Both the position numbers and the translations under genes were made by a program. A stretch of DNA of 64,000 bases, taken from assembly GCF_001194135.2 (NCBI RefSeq), contig NC_068990.1, positions 2,307,100 through 2,371,099 on the forward strand, given 5' to 3'. The stretch's first letter is position 1, and each line of letters begins with the position of its first letter. The DNA is from Octopus bimaculoides (Eukaryota). A model generated the notes under the pieces. That model was not told the DNA's origin. It saw only the letters and a program-made list of their open reading frames with translations, and searched no databases. Shown here piece after piece: positions 1-11,960 of the stretch.

Positions 1-520
1 GGGAATGTTTTAAAGTTTTCATTTCAACAAATATCTAAATGTTCACTGCATGGGACATTCCTAAGAGATGAATGCCTAATTTGCTGTTTATGCACATTTA
101 CAATACTGGTCAGTTTCCATATAAAAGTGAGTTTGGAGGGATGTATTATCCTCCCAAATACTGTCTATGCACTCAGTTAAGTTCCGGTTAACGGCTAACC
201 AAAACAATCAGTATCTGACGTCTGTTTGCATTTAGTTGCTAGTCACACCATAAATTCTTCAGATGGGTAATTCGGCGTACTCTTCGATAGATGGGAAAAA
301 ATGTCTGTAGTATATATCAATATGAATTAAAATAAAGAGTAAAAGGACTTCAACGTCCAGAAAATCTATCTTATAGTTATATACACTTTTTACTATCCAC
401 TCACTACCGGTATCATCATCGTTAACACCACCATTAACCCCATCACCACCATCACGTGAAAACTTAATGCATCGTCTGGCATACCGTCTCTCACTTTCTA
501 CCTTCCTTTAACCTATATAT

Positions 521-527
521 ATGTATG

Positions 528-560
<33 letters not shown>

Positions 561-990
561 NNNNNNNNNNNNNNNNNNNNNNNNNNNNNNNNNNNNNNNN
601 NNNNNNNNNNNNNNNNNNNNNNNNNNNNNNNNNNNNNNNNNNNNNNNNNNNNNNNNNNNNNNNNNNNNNNNNNNNNNNNNNNNNNNNNNNNNNNNNNNNN
701 NNNNNNNNNNNNNNNNNNNNNNNNNNNNNNNNNNNNNNNNNNNNNNNNNNNNNNNNNNNNNNNNNNNNNNNNNNNNNNNNNNNNNNNNNNNNNNNNNNNN
801 NNNNNNNNNNNNNNNNNNNNNNNNNNNNNNNNNNNNNNNNNNNNNNNNNNTATATATACACATATATATATATATAAATATATAAATATATATATACATA
901 TATAAGTACACACATATATATATAGACACACACATATATATATATACACACACATGCATACATATGTATACATCTTTCTCTACTTCAATT
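521..990. repeat. (TA)n/(CA)n microsatellite tract spanning an assembly gap (N 561-850)
   Basis: TA runs on both sides of the N-run, read directly. Confidence 0.95.
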
Positions 991-1029
991 TCTCGCTCTA
1001 GTTCCCTCCCACTCACTCGCCCACACTTC

Positions 1030-1060
<31 letters not shown>

Positions 1061-1287
1061 CTCTCTCAAACTTACGAAGCGTATTGTGTGAACGAACAAA
1101 CGAACGAACTGGCGAACGAACAAACACGCAGAATCATAATATGGATTGTGGCAGACAATAAAACTGAAAATTTAGTTCTAGTTACAGTTTGTAATGTTCA
1201 ACTGTTTATCTTCAATCAATCGATGTATGTATGTAGATAGATAAATAGATGCCTTGGAGGATAGAAAATAGAAAGATGGCTGACTAT

Positions 1288-1291
1288 ACAC

Positions 1292-1345
<54 letters not shown>
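1288..1345. repeat. (CA)n microsatellite
   Basis: Near-perfect CA run. Confidence 0.95.
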
Positions 1346-1347
<2 letters not shown>

Positions 1348-1555
1348 AGTTAAATCAAACTGAAATAACTTTTGCAAATAGCTGTACATGCTAGTTATAC
1401 CTTTTTTGGGGTAGCAACCCAAAGGCTGAGGCCATACCGTGGCACCACAATTATTTACTATTTTCTGATTTATTTATTTGGTTTAAATGTTTGTCCATAT
1501 TGTTAGAGTACACAGATATGCAACGACTGAAATGTAAGTAGAATAGGATAGAAAG

Positions 1556-1712
1556 ATAGACAGGAGGAAAGATAGATATGAAGGTAGGTAGATTTGTAAG
1601 TAGGTAGGTAAGTATGTATGTACGTATGCATGTATGTATGTATGTATGTATGTATGTATGTATGTATGTAGGTAGGTAGGTAGGTAGGTAGGTAGGTAGG
1701 TAGGTAAGTAGT
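1556..1712. repeat. Compound tetranucleotide microsatellite (TAGA/TATG/TAGG)
   Basis: Successive tatg and tagg runs. Confidence 0.9.
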
Positions 1713-3757
1713 TATGTACATAGAAAGAGAGGTAGATTGATTTACTGTTTGATTGATTTATTCTTCAATGCTGCCTATGTCGACGTTTACATCATCTCAA
1801 AAATCAAACGTTTCGGAAAGATATACAATCATTCAATATTACAAAATACTGCTAGTATTATTGTTATTATACATTATTTGTCATATAGCATCTTTAAAGA
1901 TGTATGTTGCTCAATCGTTCTAGTATTTGCCTGGAAGTAATTGGCGTATTATCGCTCGCCACCAAAGCGAACGAATTAAAGCTAAATTAGACGCCATTTA
2001 TTTTAAATGCGGAATATAAATGACCTGTCAATATACCCCAAGATTCTCCATCCTTAGTTCTTCAAATATTGTCACCACCTTCTTTCGAAGCAACAGAAGC
2101 AAAAACAGCCACAAAAACAGCGGTAACAACCACCACCACCACCACCATCATCATCACTACCATCACAGCCACCACCATTACAACAACAATATTATATTTG
2201 TTACATGTTTTCGTCAAAGTCTATTAATCTGTAAAACAATAATTAAAAATACTCTCGAATATGAAAGATCAGAATATTTCTATTTATATTTCTAAATAAA
2301 TCGGTTTGCAAGAATCAAACAGAAGAATGCAAAATAATTTGTTTAAACGAAACAGAATAATTGAAACAATGAAGAACAATAAAACACAGTCACTTTAAAC
2401 TTATTTTCATATAAATAGCAAAAGTTCTTAGGTTAGTGTCCGTTTGTTGTATACTGATTTGAAATTCTGTAAATATTAAATGAGTACAGTGAATAGAACA
2501 CTATTTCTACCTGTAAGTTTTGCTAGTGAAAAATAAATAAAAGTAGAGAAAATTTATGAGCTCGTGCTGAAATAACTTTCAACTGGGTGTAAGCAGACAT
2601 GTAATTTATTTCCCCTTTCGTATCCCGACTTTTCTTTACATCTCTCACTGTCACCCTTTCTCTCTCTTTCATTCTTTCTCGCCTCCTTTCTGTCTTTCTC
2701 ATTCTGTATCTTTCTCATTCTGTATCTTTCTCTCTCCTGTATTTTTTTTCCTATTCGTTTCCTATTTTATTTTGTGACCTTACTTCTCGTTAACTATTAT
2801 TTCCAGACGTATTACTAATGTCAAAGTGACCTTCTTATGCAGAAAGTTCCCGAGCCTTCCTTTTAATAAATGTATATACAGTAATTCAATAAACAATGTT
2901 CTCCAAATATTTTTCGCTTGTGAATAAATCGCTAAAGTAGAAAAAATAAAACAAAACACTATTCACAAATTCTTTCTTGGACATTTTCACAAAACATTTG
3001 CAAATACACTGTCCCAATAGAAATATAAAATCATTGACGCATACAGCTCAACATTCATTGGAACATGGTTTCATAAACACATATATACGTTCGCACACTC
3101 ACAACAAATCGTTGGGAAAAAAATACACCAACACACTAACAAAAGTAAACATACAACAACATTTTCAAAACGGTCATTATAAAGAGGCGTTCTCACTGGA
3201 TGTTATATACATACATACATACTACATAACATTGTGAAATACAGATACATAATAAACGGGAATTTGAGAAAACGCCTGCGACAAAATTCAAATATAGTGA
3301 AAGTTATTTTGATTTTGTTCTTATAGAAAGCTATGAATGAATATGCAATAAGAAAACATTACACGGGATGTCATGTTGTGGCGAAATCAGGTGCTGAGAT
3401 AACACAACAGAATTTGCTGCTAATAGGAAATATTCAGAATTCACTTTAGTTATTAAATGATATTAAGAATTGAAAAAAAAAAAAAAAATATATAGTTTTC
3501 ATTTGGCGTTCGGGCTGAATTTGACGATTTTTTATGTCTCCTTTTTATGGGAAGAGCTTGGCGTATTGGTGAACAGTCGAGGGCATAATGATTGTTCGAG
3601 GGGATAAGGATCAGAACTAAAGTTCAGAGAAACTTAGCTTAGATGGAGGCCCAGAGGTCATGTGAATACTGAAAAAGAGTTACCTGCTTATGATGAATCG
3701 CGCTGGGTAACAAAATGATGCAACCTCTTGCAATAAACCTTGTGATGACAACCTGCT

Positions 3758-3828
3758 CTCGTCATCAGCATCGTCATCATCATCAACGTCATCATCGTCG
3801 TCGTCGTCATCGTCATCATCATCATCAT
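3758..3828. repeat. (TCA/TCG)n trinucleotide microsatellite
   Basis: Read directly; produces the poly-D stretch in ORF 3680-3901. Confidence 0.9.
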
Positions 3829-4399
3829 TGAATGAAAACGCACCGAATGCTATCAAAGTGACACAAGCGTACAAATATACGAAGCCTAATATGCCTATCA
3901 TGAAAACCCATTTGACAATGATGCTTCTTATATATCTTTCCTAACCATTTTTCGCAACATACTAATCTCATATCAAGATAAACAGTGCATAATCTTGCAA
4001 GTGAGGCCCAGTTAGAATTTTCTTCAGAACGAGTTGTCTATCCCGTTCAAAAGGTACCCGAATACGGGTTGTTTAAGGATGACGAAAGAGAGACCAAAGT
4101 TTCCAAGGATTAATTAGTCAAACACCAAAAGAATTCCTCTCAACGAGTTGTCAATTGTTAGCATAGTGTAGGTCAATGATGTAGTAGGTATATTGCGCAA
4201 TGTGTTCTGTATTATATGATTATTATTGTTCATCTGAATTCTTATATGTCATTCCTTTTTTCTTATACTCCACATCATTGTTTCATATTTCCCCAAATCG
4301 GTTAATATTCTGTTGCTGCGAAAACGTCTTGCAATGCTATGTTGTTCCCGTATATTTTTTTTAAATATTCATATCACGGTAGAAATTTTTAGAATTTAT

Positions 4400-5690
4400 T
4401 TGAAGTATACAATGTGGTTGAAGAAGCGCAAGAACAAAGAAATCAGCGAACTGGAGCCAGTAAAGTAACATGAAAGGAATAATTAAAACAGCATCACAGG
4501 AAAAAGAAAAGCTGCAAATAGTATGAAATCACGAGAAAGAAGAATTTATACTCCATCTACAAAGAAATGTGAAGTTTCAAAGTAGCAGCGGAGTTGAATA
4601 TTGAATGAACATGCTAAACAAAACTGACGTATGTTAACTGGTAAAAAGTGATATTAACAAAAATACGAGCAGAAGCAGAAGAACCTATGAAATAATTACA
4701 ATATGGAACATACCCTACATGAGTGAAATATTATAACTCAAAAACCTGCAAATAGTCAGCTTTGGTCGACATATATACATAAGATAATACTGTTGGAACA
4801 ACCTATATTAAAAAGGCAAGATCAATGCTTTTTGAATAAATTTCCGTAAAATTTTGAGGGTTAATATTTCAAAGGTAGGTTCCCAGAGAGAGTTCAGCTC
4901 AGGGAATTTGCAAGGCTTCCGAGGTTAGAGGTATCGGTAAAATTAATTCTCTTTTTACACAGATGGGTTTTAAAAATTTCAAGGACTGGGACAGAAAGTG
5001 AGGGGGTTCATTTACGTGCATAGAAGGGATTTTAGTTAGTGCTGAGTCTACATATCATGGCTGTATACACAATATGTGTGACATGAAGCGTGAAGCTGAC
5101 ACATGTGGATCACTTAGTTCCTGCCAGATGTAGCAGTAGATCTGCCAACTCTCAGAAACTGAAGGCACTGTAGAACTGGTAGCAGGAGTGTAATGTGGGC
5201 ATAAGTTTGTGGAAAGGTGTTTGGAGTGAGTTGGGTCTAACCCCAGTAGGGTGGCCTTATATTGGGCGTGGTTTAGGATGTCTGCGTGTTCTGTTACAGT
5301 ATTGTCTCTGATGTTGAAGTAGTTTGCATTATGAGTCTCCAAATCATTAAGGTGTCTAAAGAGTTAAAAAAAACTGTTGAAATGCTATATCTTTCATAGT
5401 AAAAAGGAATAGCAGCCTTTGTGGTGCAGTTTCTTCTGAGTTTAGGATAAGATTTTGGATATAAAATTTTAGGACGTAGGTATGTGTGATTATAGAGCGT
5501 TCTACTTGAAATGTACGATCACTGTTCATTTTAAGCCATTGAAAAAGCCTGTATTGTATGACCACATTACAGAAAGTTTCAGAATCATAGGGAGCATTGG
5601 ATGTAACGACTAACGACGTACAGATTACCCAGTATTTGGTATGTAAGCTGGCTGTCAAGACAAAGGATAAAATGAGGAAATGTAATGTCA
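4400..5690 (+). mobile_element. Very old, fragmented R4/Dong-like non-LTR retrotransposon relic
   Basis: Purine-rich + strand with decayed motifs: aatagtcagcttttggtcgac (about 4750-4770) resembles NWSAPGPD at the RT start; KRNSSLCGAV (5401-5430) may be a decayed zinc-knuckle start; LQKVS..RII..ALDVT (5565-5610) resembles the terminal LQK..LLGTA.ILR.VL motif. Many stops and indels. The central 4870-5340 part is not explained. Confidence 0.35.
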
Positions 5691-5750
5691 TACTTTGTTT
5701 CTAATCCGGCGTTCACAGTCAGCAAAAAGAACTACAACGATAATAATAAC

Positions 5751-5935
5751 AGTTTCGAGGGGCGAAGCATATTCCGCATCACCGATCCAAGTATTCATAC
5801 CGCTTCGTTTTTATCGACCCCGAAAGGATTAGACGCAAAGATGACATCGGTTGGATTTCTATGCAGAATATAACAAATGGAAAATATCATATGACAATAT
5901 TTCCGACGCTTTAGATATTGCATCAATGCGTCACC
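5751..5935 (-). mobile_element. Decayed tRNA-derived SINE (same family as 10209-10436)
   Basis: Contains tttatcgaccccgaaagg, the reverse complement of cctttcggggtcgataaa in the 10209 copy. Confidence 0.7.
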
Positions 5936-5937
5936 CT

Positions 5938-6209
<272 letters not shown>

Positions 6210-6211
<2 letters not shown>

Positions 6212-8390
6212 CAATAAATGCAGCACACACCACCCCAGCAGCACAATGGCGCAACAAATGATGCAATAGAAGGTTGCTTGAAACTACCAGATGTCGAAAA
6301 ATATTAGTGGAGCTTCCGAAATATCACTGGTTGTAACAGCGAAGATGAAGCTGGACCTTTAAGGGAAAGCCTCTCGCTCGGCAGTGGTTCAGTAATGATG
6401 TAGACTAACCACAGCATGTGGTTCAGTAAAGATACAGACTGACCTAATACAGCATCGCAGATCATAGATTAAGGAGGCGGAAGTGGAGAAGCAAAGAAAA
6501 CACGATAACGATGCAGTGCTACGTAGAAATGGAACCTAAAAGATGAGGCTATAAAAAACGGATGTTAACACTTTGGGTAGAAAAGGATATGTTTAAAGTA
6601 ACTGAGCAGAGGTTAGGAGATCAAGTGAATGCTATTAGGAGTGGAAAGTTGATGATCCAATTGGAAGTAGAAGAGATCACAGGAGCACTGGAGAAGAAAG
6701 ACCAGGTATTAGGAAAGACAAACAGCAACATAAGAGATACAGCTCAAACCAAAGAAGAACCCAAAGTAAAAAAGAAGAAAGGGACAACTAGCACTAATGC
6801 TTTAAGTTATTTAAGTGAAGAAGATCAGAAGATTTCAGATAAGTTGCAGGAAGTAATAACTGACAAAGTAAGAAAAAGATTGCGAACATTAAAAGATACG
6901 AATAGAAGGAAGTTAGTAGAAACGACTAGGAAAGTAGATTCTGTTATTAGTAGGATAGTTACTAAAAGTATAGAAGGATCTAACTTATTGATCTATACAG
7001 GAGAGGTAGTAATCACTAGGAGATAAGATATTTCATAGGGAAAGATTAAAAAGAGCGAGTGTGGGAAAGTAGACAACAAAATAAAGTGAAGAGTTTAAAA
7101 CAAGATATGAGTAGAATAGAAGCCTGGAAACTGAACAAGTTAGGAAACATAAGACGCAAATCTTCCCTTGAGAAAAGACACTTAGTCAAAGAGAAATGAT
7201 TTGAGACAGCATTAAAAGCTGAAACAACGTATCATAGCAATAGCAGACAGGCTCTCCACATATATGAAAAGAATAGATGACTTCCAACAAAATGGATTAT
7301 TTGAGACAAACCAGATGAGATTTTATAACCAAATAAAATAGTGGAGAACGAGGTACTGAAGATGAGAAATCTAATGCAGAAGAAGCTAGAAAGTTCTGGA
7401 ATAATATTTGGGATAAGCCAGTCGATCATAATGGAGATGCTACTGATATTAACCCACTTCTGCCTTCCTTTCTAAGTAAGTAGAAGACTGTGTGGAGCTA
7501 GCTAGACTAGATGCAGACTGCTATGTGTGTTATAGTGAAGTTTATTAAAAGCTGCCTGACACAGGAAACCAAACGCACCAAGCAAATTTAAAAACGAGAA
7601 AAAGAACAGAAGAAGGTGTAGATTCCCCAAAATAGTTGCAGCAAATATCGGTAGTGAGACATGGTTTTGGTTGCAGAAAGGAAGACAGAAAGTTTGTTAG
7701 TGGCAGCACAAGACCAAACATTGAGGACTAATTGGATAAACGCTAAGATAGGCAAAAATCAAATAGATTCCCAATGTAGGCTGTGCTAATCAAAAGAAGA
7801 AAGTGCTACTCATATAGTAAATGAAAGTAGCATGCTGGCATAGAAAGAATACAGTAAAATACATGACAAACACGGGAGAGTAATCCACGGGGAGTTATGT
7901 AGAAAGCTAGGATTTGGACGTACTGATAAATTGTATGAACATGGACCTAGCAAAGTACAAGAAAGTAAGAAATATAAGATGTTGTGGGACTTTAACAAGC
8001 AGACTGACAGAGTAATAGAAGCTAGAAGGTCTGATTTAGTAGTGGTAGATAAAGAGAAAGGAAAGTGCCAGATAATTGACTTTACAGTCCGAAATGATGA
8101 AAACGTCAATATGAGTGGCATAGAAAAAATAGCAAAGTACCAGGACCTATGCATTGAATTACAGAGACTACAATGGAAAACGCGGGTAAAATGTATTTCA
8201 ATAGTTACAGGTTCATTAGAAACAATCGCTAAAGAGAAACTAGGCATAAAACCGTGTTTAGTACACCGTTAGTAGGGACAGCTAGTATACTTAGGAGTGT
8301 TCTTGTCATCTAAGCTTACTTGTTGTAGCCCGATGTTAGGATTTTTCCTCTTCCAACAGTCTAATCTATTGTGTGCACATGACTATAATA
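6210..8390 (+). mobile_element. R4/Dong-like non-LTR retrotransposon, internally deleted (no RT), pseudogenised
   Basis: N-terminal region RRKW...MLTLWVEKDMFKVTEQRLGDQVNAIR (ORF 6562-7026), then FQQNGLFETNQMRFYNQ..EARKFWNNIWDKPVDHNGDA (to 7441); C-terminal region EDCVELARL..ESLLVAAQDQTLRTNWI..CRLC..H..(zinc knuckle)..LWDFNKQTDRVIEARRSDLVVVDK..IIDF..KYQDL (REL endonuclease, ORF 7931-8272)..GTASILRSVLVI* (stop 8311-8313). No RT motifs between the two blocks. Confidence 0.9.
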
Positions 8391-8438
8391 ATGACGATGA
8401 TGATGATGATAATAATTATAATAACGATGATGATGATG

Positions 8439-8711
8439 TACTCTTCTGTCGAAGACGACGTATGTACGGTCAGCTTTTACGAATGACCTGTACAAATGAT
8501 TTGTTTATTGTCATCAAATGTTCGTATCGCACATTAGCTTAGTCTCTCCATCAAATCAACATTGTCTGAACAGATGCACGGCGTCGAAGTGAACGCAGGG
8601 CAAGGCGAGATGAAATGTTTTGCCCAGGAACACAACGCACCACCAGGTCTAGGAACTGAAATCATGATCGCTAGATCGTGAGTGCAGCAACTTAACCACT
8701 AAGCCATGCAC
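8439..8711 (-). mobile_element. tRNA-derived SINE, second family
   Basis: Minus-strand head gtgcatggcttagtggttaag (A box) ... gatttcagttcc (decayed B box), followed by gtgttcctgggcaaaacatttcatctc, a body segment common to metazoan tRNA-SINEs. Confidence 0.7.
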
Positions 8712-9170
8712 GATGATAATAATAACGATGAAGATAAACATAAGAACAGCAGCAAGAACAGCAACAACATCAATAATAATGTTGAGGAGGAGGATGACGT
8801 TGATAATGATGTTGGTGGTGGTGGTGGATGTCGACGATGGTTATGATGATGATTATGATTAAACTGAAAATAATAGCTGAGGAAGATTTCTTATTGAAAC
8901 ACAACATGATTGCTGAAAAAAAAACACATGATCTTAAAGAAATGGAAAGCTGAAGGAGATTAGAAACACGTGTTCCAAGATTCACTAATGCATACAACTC
9001 AGGAAATAAAGAGAGGAACATAGCCGTGTGGTAAAAACTTGCATGTGAATTATTTGAAACGTGATGATGATGTCGACGATGATGACGACGCAGACGATGA
9101 TGATGATGACGATGACGACGAAGGAGGAAGAGGAAGAAGTGAATGATGATGATGATGAAGATGATAATTT
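8712..9170. repeat. Degenerate trinucleotide tracts (GAT/AAT/GGT/GAC/GAG)
   Basis: Read directly. Confidence 0.85.
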
Positions 9171-9660
9171 TTTATTAATTTCTAACAATTAGAAAAATAA
9201 ATGGTAAATTGACAACTGCATGCTTAGATGAAGTTGCTGACACATTATCTATTGATGCTGCTGTTACCCCTTCCCCTTCCCCCTCCGCTTCCGCCTCCCC
9301 CTACTACTACTACTACTACTACTACTACTAGCTGTAGTAGTATTGCCACGTCATTTAAGAATGAATGTAAGGACTCACCTACGTTGCATCGCTGGAAAAT
9401 AAGTTTAATTGTATTCCCCCTCCAGACCTACTTTCAAATCTAGCAAAACTTCTCTTTTATATAAACAGTAGGTTTTGATCATGCTAGAAAAGGAAAGTGT
9501 ATTGAATGTGCATGTTGTGAATCAAAGGATGTGAATAAAGAAAGATAACGAAAGCTTAGAATAATAGGTTACTGTACAGGAAGTCTAAATTTGCAACAGC
9601 AAAATCGAATGAAGTTGCACTTGAAGTATATTGAAATTATTTGAAAAAGAAAACGTTGCA

Positions 9661-9781
9661 TATGCGTGTGTGTGTGACTGTGTGTATGTGTGTATGCCTG
9701 TATGTGTGTCTGAGTGTGTATGTGTGTGTGCATGTCTCTGTGTGTGTCTGTGTTTCTGTGTGTATATATATATATATATAA
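9661..9781. repeat. (TG)n/(TA)n microsatellite
   Basis: Read directly. Confidence 0.9.
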
Positions 9782-10208
9782 CAAAATGCAAAATGTCTTC
9801 TTTACACGCTAAATTTGAAAACAAACATCAGACAAGTTCTGACAGATTTAACCTTAGTCACTATTATGCTCCATCATCACACGAAAACAGGCAATGTGTT
9901 TTGCATATGTGTTGTATGCTTTTTAAGTTGTTATAGATATAAGTCCCATCAGTAATACAAATATATATTGCAATAAGTTTAGCATATATATGCACGCACA
10001 AGTCATGCACTTTACTGATAGGAATTTCCCGAATGCTTCATATTTCACCTATATATTTTCTATGATATTGTATCGAGAAAGAATTCGATTTCCTTGACGA
10101 GCGGTCAAAATTGAAGAATAATTTAAGCCAGGAGACTTTCGCCTTCTATTTATTTCTACATATCACAAACACATACGAACGTGCTCACGTTCGTATTATT
10201 AGGTTGCC

Positions 10209-10436
10209 AATAAAGGCGGCAAGTTAGTAGGACCTTTAACACACCGGGTAAACTATAAAAATGCTTAGCGGCATTTCGTCCTTTCTCACGTTCTGAGTTC
10301 AAATTCCGCCAAGGTCGACTTTCCCTCTCACCCTTTCGGGGTCGATAAAATTTCTAACATTTCAACAGTGGGATCGATATAATCGACTCATAACATCCGC
10401 CAATTTTGCTGCCCTTGTGGCAAAATTTGAAACCAA
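10209..10436 (+). mobile_element. tRNA-derived SINE with 12-bp target-site duplication
   Basis: Head aaggcggcaag.., B box gagttcaaattcc, body gtcgactttccctctcaccctttcggggtcgataaa; flanked by tattaggttgcc (10197-10208) and tattaggctgcc (10437-10448). Confidence 0.88.
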
Positions 10437-10731
10437 TATTAGGCTGCCTTGATTAATGTCGTATCGAGACGAAAAAATTTTATTTCATTGATGATGGAGG
10501 TTCAAAGATACAAATATCCGAATTAAACAAATCGCAAAGAGTGTAAGTGTAACTTATACCGTTTTATTTTATATGAAGGAAGGTTGCTGTGTGTTTCCGG
10601 ATAAAAGCCACATGCTTCTTCTCGCATGAAGGGACAGCAATCTGTGAACGATAAGTTAGGAGACCACCATTTTTCTCTGTCGATCAAAAGCGTAGAGGCA
10701 ACATTTACATACTTATTTATTCATAGTTGCA

Positions 10732-10773
<42 letters not shown>

Positions 10774-11281
10774 NNNNNNNNNNNNNNNNNNNNNNNNNNN
10801 NNNNNNNNNNNNNNNNNNNNNNNNNNNNNNNNNNNNNNNNNNNNNNNNNNNNNNNNNNNNNNNNNNNNNNNNNNNNNNNNNNNNNNNNNNNNNNNNNNNN
10901 NNNNNNNNNNNNNNNNNNNNNNNNNNNNNNNNNNNNNNATATATATATATATCAGAAATTTATTAAAATATTATACGTGTTTCAGCAAATTCCTGTTTTC
11001 CATTAGTAAATGAAAAGTGTTTAGAAGACGTTGAATGTACAAAAAAAATTTTGAAAAACTTGCTCAAAATATCAAATATCCATACATTTTCCAATATGCA
11101 ATAACTTTTTAAAGAGATAGACAATAATAAAAGCTCAAACATTCGTTGAATTTCATAACAATCATACATGTTTGAAAGTTCATTTCAATGAGTTATATTA
11201 ACAATAAAACACCATGAATTTTCAAAACGATTAACAAAAAGAAAAAAAAGAAGGAAGAAAAAAGATGTATTTACAATTTCT

Positions 11282-11960
11282 GTCGAAGTGCATGAAAGAG
11301 CATTCTTTTTCGTCATTGGTTTTGCTGGCGTGAGCTTGAACTGTTTTTGGCTGGAATACCTTTGAACATAGAGTTTTTTAAGATATAAGTTCAAGTTCTG
11401 ATTGGTTATAAACTTGATGACACCAATTGTTTTTGTCCTATGGTTGGCTGAGTGCTTGAATTTTGGTTACTTTTTATTGGATGTCCTCATATATGTTGGC
11501 TTGGCAGTAGTCGAGCGCTCTGGTTGTTTGACTTCCCCATGACGTAATTTGTTTATCGACTATGATTTTTCTGCATACGGCATTTGTTTGGCAAAAGCCT
11601 TGCTAACTTGTTTTCGTCTGACGATCATAAAGGGTTCTAGTTGTTTGATTCCTTTATGAAGTCAGTTGTCTCGGTCAGCGGAATGTTTATTTTTATCCCG
11701 AATGTCCGATTTTTACCAGTAAGAAATCTAATTGGTTAAGCCTAGTGTGAAGTCAAAAACTAAAGCTGAGAACATGTAAGGTGTAATTATACAATAGTTT
11801 GATGTTAAGGCTTCGAATTCCCGGGAAAGCCCATAAATTCAAGTTTTTATTTACGCTTTTTTTTCTAGTTGTTTTTAGTGAGTGAATTGAGTTTTCTCTT
11901 TCAAGTGTGTAGAATATTTAGTTGTGGTTTATATTTCTTAATAAACATATTTTCCTTTCC
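11282..11960 (-). mobile_element. Penelope-like element relic (N-terminal region and RT start)
   Basis: Decayed minus-strand motifs in the expected order: GFP (11814-11832), K-T-I-G-V-I resembling RLINPAKSEIGxISK (about 11418-11435), MFKGIPAKN resembling WFKxIPxK (11350-11370), KECSFMHFD resembling CxFIQFDI (11282-11308). Confidence 0.6.

Noticed and set aside
491-1127. Long ORFs of YIYI/CVCV/X, also at 14995-16321, 32437-33760, 54650-55293, 56121-56673 and elsewhere
   Set aside because: They are translations of microsatellites and N gaps, which lack stop codons; no coding signal.
2480-2518. ATG-initiated 11-codon stretch ending at a GTAAGT donor-like site
   Set aside because: Too short, no recognisable peptide and no supported partner exon; such motifs arise by chance.
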